NCBI GenBank assembly: GCA_963832105.1
Contig: CAWHSS010000003.1
Location: 813,615 to 877,614 of the forward strand
From: an uncultured Chloroflexia bacterium
GTDB taxonomy: Bacteria; Chloroflexota; Limnocylindria; Limnocylindrales; CSP1-4
DNA length: 64,000 bases
Reading direction: 5' to 3'
Under the pieces are notes generated by a model that saw only the letters and a program-made list of their open reading frames with translations, was not told the origin of the DNA and searched no databases. Numbering within the stretch: position 1 is the first letter of the stretch; the number at the start of each line of letters is the position of its first letter. The position numbers were made by a program, and so were the translations under genes. Positions 47,912-55,876 of this stretch are shown here, in pieces.

Positions 47912-47920
47912 ACTATACCA
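47912..47920 (-). promoter_or_regulatory. Extended -10 (TG-g-TATAGT) for the cpaB operon
   Basis: Reverse complement reads TTTGGTATAGT about 60 nt upstream of cpaB. Confidence 0.55.
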
Positions 47921-48017
47921 AAGGGCTAGGACCATTAGGAGGATTAGGCAGGAAACCAAGCGTGAAGAAAGGTGATTCGCAAGGTTGCCCGGCGGCCCCC
48001 AGACCGTTGACAAAAGG

Positions 48018-48046
48018 AACGGCCCGTCCTCGTCGGACGGGCCGTT
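48018..48046 (-). terminator. Intrinsic terminator downstream of flp1
   Basis: 12-bp perfect stem AACGGCCCGTCC/GGACGGGCCGTT followed on the minus strand by CCTTTT. Confidence 0.8.
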
Positions 48047-48062
48047 TGCGCGGTACGAGGGA

Positions 48063-48257
48063 TCAGTTCTGGACTGACTGCAGCTGGCTACCGATAACGC
48101 TGAGCTTGTCGCTTACCTGGCTGCCCAGGAAGATGAGGCCCACGATAGCAACGATGGCGATGAGCGCAAGAATGAGTGCATATTCGGCCAGTCCCTGGCC
48201 GTCGTCCGCGCGGCGGACGCGGTTCACGAGAGCGGAGAGCTGCCGTAGCAACGACAT
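48063..48257 (-). CDS. flp: Flp family type IVb/IVc pilin 1
   Basis: MSLL...DDG|QGLAEYALILALIAIVAIVGLIFLG (Glu at +5, Tyr at +6); RBS GGAAAGGAGG. Confidence 0.93.
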   Translation of the reverse strand: MSLLRQLSALVNRVRRADDGQGLAEYALILALIAIVAIVGLIFLGSQVSDKLSVIGSQLQSVQN

Positions 48258-48341
48258 CCGCTTCACCTCCTTTCCGAGAGGATCCCCGACCCCCGAGGAT
48301 GGACTCTTTGCGATTCGCCGGGCATAAAGGCCGGTGCGTCC

Positions 48342-48369
48342 AAGGTAGGACCCCGGGTTGGGCTGTCAA
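48342..48369 (-). promoter_or_regulatory. Promoter for flp1 (TTGACA-16-TACCTT)
   Basis: Perfect -35 with TAnnnT -10 on the minus strand. Confidence 0.65.
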
Positions 48370-48419
48370 TAGCCCGAACGGTAGGGGCGTCGCGCCAGCG
48401 CACCGGAAGGATATGAGAA

Positions 48420-48450
48420 GGGCCGCAGCCGCCGTGGGCGGGTGCGGCCC
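48420..48450 (-). terminator. Hairpin terminator downstream of flp2
   Basis: GGGCCGCA/TGCGGCCC stem extended by GCCGCC/GGCGG, followed by TTCT on the minus strand. Confidence 0.6.
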
Positions 48451-48477
48451 CCTGTAGGTCGATATGATCGGAGAACT

Positions 48478-48648
48478 CTAGATCGAGTTACCGACGTTGC
48501 TGAGGATGCTCGAGACCTGGCCGCCCAGGAAGATGAGGGCAACGATCGCGATGATCGCGATCAGGGCGAGGATCAGCGCGTACTCGGCGAGACCCTGACC
48601 CTTCTCCTCGCGGCGGAAGGACGAGATAAGAGCGTGAAGAACTGACAT
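48478..48648 (-). CDS. flp: Flp family pilin 2
   Basis: MSVLHALISSFRREEKG|QGLAEYALILALIAIIAIVALIFLGGQVSSILSNVGNSI; RBS GGAAAGGAGG. Confidence 0.93.
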   Translation of the reverse strand: MSVLHALISSFRREEKGQGLAEYALILALIAIIAIVALIFLGGQVSSILSNVGNSI

Positions 48649-48699
48649 GTCTTGGATCACCTCCTTTCCGGAAGTCTCCCGGAATACCGGGGGCTCGTT

Positions 48700-48729
48700 A
48701 CCGTACGGGGCATGCTTCATGGGTGTCAA
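48700..48729 (-). promoter_or_regulatory. Promoter for flp2 (TTGACA-18-TACGGT)
   Basis: Perfect -35 with TAnnnT -10 on the minus strand. Confidence 0.6.
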
Positions 48730-48800
48730 GGTGACGACTTACCTATGCGGTGCGTCCTCGGCAACGCGGCTTTGAACGCCGCGTTGAAACCCTAAGAATC

Positions 48801-48834
48801 GAAAAACCGCCGGGGCCCGAAGGCTCCGGCGGTT
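48801..48834 (-). terminator. Intrinsic terminator downstream of flp3
   Basis: AACCGCCGG...TTCG loop...CCGGCGGTT followed by TTT on the minus strand. Confidence 0.8.
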
Positions 48835-48852
48835 CTTTGTCAAGCGACTCGG

Positions 48853-49023
48853 TTAGATCGAGTTACCGACGTTGCTGAGGATGCTCGAGACCTGTCCGCC
48901 CAGGAAGATGAGGGCGACGATCGCGATGATCGCGATGAGGGCGAGGATCAGCGCGTACTCCGCGAGTCCCTGGCCTTCCTCGTCGCGGCGAAGCGAGGCG
49001 AGGAACTGGTGAACGAGTGCCAT
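48853..49023 (-). CDS. flp: Flp family pilin 3 (56 aa, missing from the ORF track)
   Basis: Manual translation MALVHQFLASLRRDEEG|QGLAEYALILALIAIIAIVALIFLGGQVSSILSNVGNSI; RBS AGGAG. Confidence 0.93.
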   Translation of the reverse strand: MALVHQFLASLRRDEEGQGLAEYALILALIAIIAIVALIFLGGQVSSILSNVGNSI

Positions 49024-49147
49024 GTGATGTTTCTCCTGGATGAGTACTCACCCCCAGATGAGGGCTTCGCCACTATGCAGCGGCCTCTCCGGGATGACCA
49101 CTAGGCAATTCGTACCGAACTCATAGGCCCCTCGGCTGCCGCCGCGC

Positions 49148-49305
49148 TCACGACGCAGCCTCGATCGCCTGGCCGATTGCCTCAAGGACGGCCGACAGCG
49201 TCCCGCCGAAGAACACGAGCACGACGGTGGCGACGACGGCCGACAGGGCGAGGATCAGGCCGTACTCGACGAGACCCTGGCCACGTTGCGCCCCTCATGG
49301 CCCAT
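49148..49305 (-). CDS. flp: Divergent Flp-like pilin 4 (needs one extra G in the GGGG run near 49290 to join its ATG)
   Basis: Manual translation ...QRG|QGLVEYGLILALSAVVATVVLVFFGGTLSAVLEAIGQAIEAAS*; missing from the ORF track. Confidence 0.75.
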
Positions 49306-49313
49306 CGGCCCGG

Positions 49314-50515
49314 TCAGGCGTGCTCTTCGGAGGGCAGGTCGACGCCGATCACGAGCTCCGCGCCGCCGGCGAGCAGCTCCGCCGAGATCCCGACCGTCGC
49401 CGCCCGCTGCTGGATCTCCCGCCAGGCGGTGGCGGGAAGCGCCACGATCGCCGCGTTGCGGGCGCTCTCGGCCGCGGCCTCGGCCTGCTCGCGGCGATCC
49501 TCGATCATCGCCGCGAGGGCCGGCGGCAGGTCCTTGCCTCCGGCCGGCGTGGCTGCCTGGGCGGCGGCCTCGCGCTCGGCCTCTTCCACGGCACTCGTCC
49601 GGTCGCGGGTCGCGGAGACGCGTCCCTCGATTCGCTCGTCCGTCCAGTCGAGGCGCAGCGAGACGTGATCCGGCGACGCGGCGACGTAGCCGTCCAGCGC
49701 CTCGTCGAGGATCCGGAACAGGCCGCTCTCGAGCTCCATCGGCAGGCGCCGGTCCGTACCCATCGATTCGAACTCGACCGTCACGCCGGCTCGCTGGCCT
49801 CGCTCGCGGACCGAGCGGCGGAGCGTCGGCACGAGGCCGAGATCGTCGAGGACCATCGGCCGGACGTCGAAGATGAAGGACTTCGTCGCGTCGAGCGTCT
49901 GCTGGACCATCGCGACGAGCTGGCGAACCTCGCCCCGGGCCATCTCCGGGTCCCGTGCGCACGAGCCGCTCGACGATCTGGGCCTGGAGGACGATGTTCG
50001 TGAGGCTCTGGGCCGGGCCGTCGTGCATCGCCCGGGCGATCTCCCGGCGGAGGTCTTCCTGGGCCGTCAGGACGATCCGCGACATTCCGGGGGCGCCGTC
50101 GTCGGCGGCACGCTTGGCTCCGCTGTCGGCCGCCGGAAGCTCCGCGCCTTCTTCTGACCGCGACGCCGAGGCTGGCAGCCATCTCGCCCAGCGATTCGCG
50201 GAATCGGGCGAGGATCTTGCGCTTGCCGTCGAGGACCTCGACCTGTGCCTCCATGACGGCGGCGCGGCGGGTCAGGTTGACGAGCTGGGCATTGAGCGCG
50301 ATGACATCCTCGGACGGGGTTGCCTCGGGCAGGCTGGCGAGCTTGTCGGTCGCCTGGGTCCGTTTGAGCTCGTGCCGCTCCGCCTCCGTCCGGGCCTGCG
50401 TGACGAGCATGTCGATCTCGGCGAGCTCACCGTCGAGGGTCGCGAGGTCGCGGCCGACGCGCGCCGTCAGCTCCCCGAGGGAATCCGGTGTCGCGCGAGG
50501 TTCTACCGAGGACAC
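49314..50515 (-). CDS. Soluble DegS-like HisKA_3 protein with degenerate ATP-binding domain (two apparent frameshifts)
   Basis: Coiled-coil N-terminus; H-box REIARAMHDGPAQSLTNI; DVRPMVLDDLGL; N-box Asn and DxGxG absent. Confidence 0.8.
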
Positions 50516-50525
50516 GGCCGTGCGA

Positions 50526-51263
50526 TCAATCCTCCGGCATCCGGATCCAGCCCTGGCGCATCGCGTAGACGACGGCCTGCGTCCGGTCGTTGACGGACAG
50601 CTTGCGGAGGATCGAGCTCATGTGGTTCTTGACGGTCTGCTCGCTGATCGAGAGGGCGTAGGCGACCTGCTTGTTCGTCATGCCCTGGGCGATGTTGTCG
50701 AGGATCTCGACCTCGCGGGGCGAGAGCGGCGCGAAGATCGGGGCGGCCTCCTGGCCGTAGACCGCGAGCTCACGGAACTCCTTGAGGACGCGAGACGCGA
50801 CGGCCGGCTTGGCGAACACCTTGTCGTTGATCAGGTACTCGCCGTTCACGACGCGCCGGATGATCGTGACGAGGTCATCCGGGCCGACGTCCTTGAGGAT
50901 GAAGGCGGCCGCGCCGGCCTTGATCGCGTCGAACAGGGCGTCCTCGTCCTCGTTGGCGGCCAGGACGATGATCCCGGTCGAGGGCAGCTCGCGCTTGATC
51001 CGCTGGGTGGTCTCGATGCCGCCCGGCGAGCTGAGCGAGAGGTCCATGAGGATGATGTCCGGCGACGTCTCGATCGCCCGATCGACCGCCGATCGGCTGT
51101 CGTCGGCCTCCGCAACCACGAGGAAGTCGGATTCGTGGCCGAGGATGTTGGCGATCCCGACGCGGAACAGGGCGTGGCCGTCGACGATGAGGATCTTCGT
51201 CTGCTCGCCCTCCGCGCGACGGTCCGGTCCGCCACGGCGGCGTTCAGGTCCCGAATAGTTCAT
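50526..51263 (-). CDS. NarL/DegU-like response regulator (receiver plus LuxR HTH)
   Basis: KILIVDGH...LMDLSL...FILKD; LSPREVEIL...GMTNKQVA..L.ISEQTVKNHMSSILRKLSVNDRTQAVV; RBS AGGAG before ATG 51263. Confidence 0.92.
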   Translation of the reverse strand: MNYSGPERRRGGPDRRAEGEQTKILIVDGHALFRVGIANILGHESDFLVVAEADDSRSAVDRAIETSPDIILMDLSLSSPGGIETTQRIKRELPSTGIIVLAANEDEDALFDAIKAGAAAFILKDVGPDDLVTIIRRVVNGEYLINDKVFAKPAVASRVLKEFRELAVYGQEAAPIFAPLSPREVEILDNIAQGMTNKQVAYALSISEQTVKNHMSSILRKLSVNDRTQAVVYAMRQGWIRMPED

Positions 51264-51274
51264 CAGGCGGTCTC

Positions 51275-52492
51275 CTATGTTCCCATCGGGATCGCCAGCC
51301 GGACGGTCGTTCCACTGTCCGGTTGCGAGTGCACCTCGAAATGGGCCCCGATCAGCTCTGCGCGCTCTTGCATGAATTGAAGCCCGAAGTTGCGGCGGCC
51401 ACGAGCCGCCACCGCTCCGACATCGAACCCTCTGCCGTCGTCGCGAACCGTGAGGACCCATTCCTCACCGTCAATGACGCTCGCGACGATGACAGATGAC
51501 GCCCCTCCGTGCTTGCGCACATTCTGAAGGGCTTCCTGGACGACCCGCAGCACAACCGTCTGCTGGGCCTCAGTCAGGCGGTCCGACGGAGCTGTCAGCT
51601 CGGTCGTGATCGCCAGGCCCGTCAGGGCGGTCGTCCGGCCGACCGCGTCGGCCACGGCGCCGTCCAGGCCCAGCTCATCGAGAACGGGCGGCCGGAGCTG
51701 GCTGATGAACGTCCTGACCGACCCGAGCTCGCGCCGGAGCAGCTCCCGGAGGAACCGCAGCTCCGTCCGGGCCAGCCGATCGTCGTGGTCGATCACCCGC
51801 TCGATGTACTCGACCTGGAAGATCGCGTTCGACAGGACCTGGGCCGGCCCATCGTGGATCTCCTGGGCCAGTCGGGATCGCTCCGACTCCTGGGCCTCGA
51901 CGATCCGCATCTGGATCTCGGTTGGCAGGTTCTCGCCCCGGTTCAGGCGGCCTGAGTCGCCGCGCTGCAGGAACGTCCCGGTGCTCTCGAGATTGCGGAG
52001 CGCGACGTCCAGCTTGGCGAGCTCGGTCTGATGGCTGCCGAGCTCGTGGCCGAGGTTCGTGACGTCCGACCGCAGGGCGCGGACGCGATCGTCCTCGGCG
52101 CCGGAGCGGGCGGGTTCGGCGGTGTCTGCGGCGTGCGCGTCGGCGCTGCCCCCGGATTCGCCGTCCGCGGCCCTCACGAGCCGGGGCCGGCTGTCCGTGG
52201 CTCGCCGCTCGAGTGCGTCGAGCTCGTCCGTGAGTGCCTGCCAGCGCGTCAGTTCATCGTTGTACGCGGCGCGGTACCGCTCGCGGATGCTCCGGAGCGC
52301 GTCGGCGCTCTGGCTGACCGCCGCGCTTGCCTCGGCGTGCAGCGCGTCGATCGACGCTGCGCTGACCTCGCGCAGGTCGCGCGGGTCCCGAGTCGCGCGT
52401 GGATCGTGCGCCGGGGGCGCGTCCTCGTTGCGGGTATCGGCATCCGTGCGTGCTGCGTCCATCGGCTTCCGAGTATAGGGGTCGCCACTCAT
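51275..52492 (-). CDS. Soluble DegS-like sensor histidine kinase (HisKA_3 plus HATPase)
   Basis: QESERSRLAQEIHDGPAQVLSN, QLRPPVLDELGL, EALQNVRKH (N box), VRDDGRGF (G1), FGLQFMQERA, GTTV; ATG overlaps the upstream stop. Confidence 0.92.
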   Translation of the reverse strand: MSGDPYTRKPMDAARTDADTRNEDAPPAHDPRATRDPRDLREVSAASIDALHAEASAAVSQSADALRSIRERYRAAYNDELTRWQALTDELDALERRATDSRPRLVRAADGESGGSADAHAADTAEPARSGAEDDRVRALRSDVTNLGHELGSHQTELAKLDVALRNLESTGTFLQRGDSGRLNRGENLPTEIQMRIVEAQESERSRLAQEIHDGPAQVLSNAIFQVEYIERVIDHDDRLARTELRFLRELLRRELGSVRTFISQLRPPVLDELGLDGAVADAVGRTTALTGLAITTELTAPSDRLTEAQQTVVLRVVQEALQNVRKHGGASSVIVASVIDGEEWVLTVRDDGRGFDVGAVAARGRRNFGLQFMQERAELIGAHFEVHSQPDSGTTVRLAIPMGT

Positions 52493-54118
52493 GGGCAATC
52501 CAGCCTGTACACACGGGTGTTCTCGAGCGCGCGGGCGAGTTTTGGATCGGCCGGAGTCCCGATATCGATCTCGTCGAAGCAATCGGCGCTCGGGGCGTCC
52601 GTATCGAGGATCTCCGGCCAGTCGCCGTGATCGTCGCCGTGCAGGATCAGGAGCGACGTTCCCTTGAAGTGGCTCGCGAGATCGATGACGTCCGCGGGAC
52701 TCTCGGCGGGCAGTGCCAGCGCCCTGGCCCCGGTCGATTCGGACAGCCAGATCGGGAAGTTCGTGATGATCGGGCCCTGGTCCTCGAGCGGCAGGCCGGC
52801 GGCATCCATCTGCGCGGCGAGCGCCTCGTAGCGCTGCGCCAGGCCGACCGACAGCCCACCGAACGATGGCATCAGCGCGGCCATGAAGAGCAGCGAGCCG
52901 AAGATCGTCAGCGCCCCGCCAAGCCACGCGACGGGTCGCGTCCAGCCCCGCATCTGCCCGACGCGCTCGATCGCGGCGTCGAGCGCCAGCAGCGCACAGA
53001 CGATCAGCAGGACGTGGGCCGGCCCGGCGGCATGGAGGTAGGTCCCCCACGTCGTCGACACCGGGAACAGGAGGCTCGTGACGAGGAACGTCGTGATGGA
53101 CAGGACCGCCAGCGGCAGGATCGCCCGGAGGCGGATGAAGAACGGCAGCGCGATCAGCCCGAGGAACGCGGCCGGGATGCCCGGCAGCAGCAGGACCGTG
53201 AAGAGGTTGTGGTAGAGGCCCTCGGCGCGCATCAGCAGGAGGCGCTGGGGACCCTCGGCGAGATAGCGCGCGACCGTCGGCGGGTCGTTCCAGGCGAAGA
53301 TGTCGAAACCGGTCACCGACAGGGCGTTGGACAGGGCCTGGCCCGGCAGCGGGTTCCCGAACACGAGCCAGTCCCGGACCATCCACGGGACGAAGATCGC
53401 GAGGGCGACGGCCGCCGGCATCGCGATGAGGGCGAGCTTCCGGCTCCGCTCGAGGACAGGCGTGCGCCAGACGGCGACGACCCAGGCGAGGCCGATGAAC
53501 GCCGCCTCGTTGCGGGTCAGGGCCGCGAGGCCGATCAGGACGCCGAGTGTGACGACCTTCGGGTTGGCAAGGCTCACCCGCCCGGCGTCGCGAAGGATGC
53601 GCGGCATCAGGATGCACGCGGCGAGGGCCAGCGCCGCGAAGGGCATCGTCGAGTCGGGCAGGGCGGAGTGGAGGACGAGCGGCAGGTAGACCGCGCTCGT
53701 CAGGCCCGCCCCGAGCGCCAGGACGCGCGTGCGGCTGAGCGACAGTCGCCGTTCCGTGGCGGCGTCGGCGCCGAGGCGCCAGGCCAGGACCGGGACGATC
53801 GCGCCGACCACCACCGAGCTCAGCTGCGCCGACTGGAACGTCGAGCCGAACAGCGCCATCGGGATCGCGGCGAGGAACGTCGGCAACGGCAGCCAGACCT
53901 CGAAGGCGGGCCGGGGGAAGGACAACGGCGGGGTGCCGTAGCTCCACAGCGCGTCGCTCGTCAGGCCCTGGCCCTCGAGGAGGTTGCGAGCCACGCCGAC
54001 GTAGTAGGCGGTGTCCTCGGGCTGGGGGAACACGACCAGCGACGCGGCCACGATCGCGGATCGCCAGCGCGATCACGAACACGAGGGCGGCCGACAGGAA
54101 GATCTCGCGGCGTCTCAC
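52489..54118 (-). CDS. GT-C fold (GT39/PMT-like) membrane glycosyltransferase (frameshift near 54055)
   Basis: PEDTAYYVGVARNLLEGQG, LAALTRNEA, WMVRDWLVFGNPLP, many TM segments. Confidence 0.8.
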
Positions 54119-55763
54119 GGTGTCGCTCCGGCCGCCGTCACGGCGCAGCGCGGGTCAGCGGCGCTGACGCAGACCGGGTAGATCGCGGCACTCGTGTCGC
54201 CGCCCGGTCCGGGGATCCCGATGAGCCGCGGGCCGATCCACCGTGGCCTGGCCGCGCCTGTGAACACAGGTTCCAGCGCCGCCACCGAATCGTCGCTCTC
54301 GATGACCAGCCACTCGATCCGATAGGCATCGGCGACCTCTTCGATCGTGTCGAGCGGATCGTTCGGCGTCACGACCCCGCCGTGACCCGTGTGGTAGCGG
54401 TAGCCCGCGGCGTCGATCGTCATGAGGCGGGCATCAGGCGCCGCGCCGGCAAGGTCCAGTGCCGCCGCCACGGCCCGCCGTTCCGTCCGTTCGCGATCCC
54501 AGCGCCCCTGGACCAGCAGGGCGGTCGGGATGGCCGCAACGACCGCGAATCCGACGGCCGCGGTCACGAAGAGCTTCGTCGCGGCCTCCCGATCCCAGGC
54601 CCGCCGCCGCGCCGCGATCCAGGCGACAGCGACGACGATCCCCTCGAGGGCCAGCAGATACGCGTGTGGCGCCAGGGCGACGGCCGAATGGATGAAGGTG
54701 CCGCCCGGGACGTGGACGGCCGACACGAGCGCCGAGAACGCGAACAGGATGGCGGCGTAGGTCAGGAACGGTCCGAAGTCCACCGACCGTCGCCGAGCCC
54801 ACCCGCCGATCAGCATGAACGGCAGCAGGATCCCGCCGCGCAACGAGCGTCGTGAAGATGCCGACAGCGGCCACGAAGCCGCCCACGCGGCTCAGGAGCA
54901 GCGGACCGATGCCCTGGCCGAGCAGGTGGCTGAGCGTCGCCGGCGTCGTGATCGAGTTCCACTCCTCGATCGAGCGGATGTAGAGGACCTTGCCCGATGC
55001 CGTCGACGGCGAGAGCTGGCCGAAGACCTCGAGCTGGCGGATCCACCACGGCACCATGACCGCGAGGAACAGCCCGAAGCACGCGGCGGCCGCCCAGACC
55101 GGGATCGCCGGTCGCCGGGCGCCACCTGACCGCCACGCCCGCCACCGGTCATAGAGGAAGGCGAGACCCAGGGTCCCGCCGACGAGCAGGCCGTCGTTCC
55201 GCGACAGCGTCGCCAGGCCGACCAGCAGCCCGCCCAGCGCGAACGCCCGAGCGTGCCCGCGCAGCCCGCGAGCGGCCATCCAGAGGGCCCCGGCGACGAG
55301 CGGCTGATAGAGGGAGAAGTTGTCGGGCTGGGTCATGTAGACGAGCGACAACGCCGGGATCGCCGTCAGGACGCCGGCCCCGACACGACACGAGCGGGCG
55401 CAACCCGGCGTCCCGCCCGATCGCCCACGCGAGCGGCGCGGCGAGCGCCCCGATGATGGCGAACGGCAGCGCCGACGCGACGGGCGTCGGCCCGAGCAGC
55501 CAGATGAACGGGACCTGGACGAGCGAAGCGAGCGGCATCCAGTGGGCGTTGCTCGGAATCGGGAGCGTCGGGTCGGCCGGGATCGTCCCGCCGACCTCGG
55601 CGAAGATCCAGATGAAGTCGACCTGGAAGCCCTGTCCGCCGGCCACCGATCGGGCGACATCGACGTAGTAGTACGAGTCGGGATACGCAGGGTCGGGGAA
55701 GAGGGCAATCAGTACCAGCCGGACCGCGAGGGCGAGCACGTACAGGGCGATCGGGGTTCGCAC
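54115..55763 (-). CDS. GT-C fold (GT39/PMT-like) membrane glycosyltransferase, paralog of the downstream gene (frameshifted)
   Basis: PDSYYYVDVARSVAGGQG, HWMPLAS, LATLSRNDG, PWWIRQLEVFG, LMTIDAAG C-terminal domain. Confidence 0.8.
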
Positions 55764-55876
55764 GGTCGGTGCAGCGTAGCACCGCCCCCCGCCCGTTCCG
55801 ACCGGTACGAATCGGCTATTCGATGGCACCCGCCGGGAGGGCGTGAGCCGCCCTTCCGGTCGCTAGGATGGTCGCC

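Noticed and set aside
48258-48341. c-di-GMP-I (GEMM) riboswitch in the flp1 leader (GGACGCA...)
   Set aside because: Lacks the GCAAA/GNRA tetraloop-receptor architecture and the GGACGCAAAGCC core; only a short word matches.
48007-48843. TTGACA directly in front of the flp1 and flp3 terminator hairpins
   Set aside because: Opposite orientations relative to the genes and no -10 at 16-18 bp; treated as coincidental.
51275-54118. 947-aa ORF suggesting a glycosyltransferase-histidine kinase fusion
   Set aside because: The first about 20 aa are the GT start, the middle is an off-frame reading of the GT, and the kinase begins at an ATG overlapping the GT stop (52489-52492). It is a frameshift artefact.
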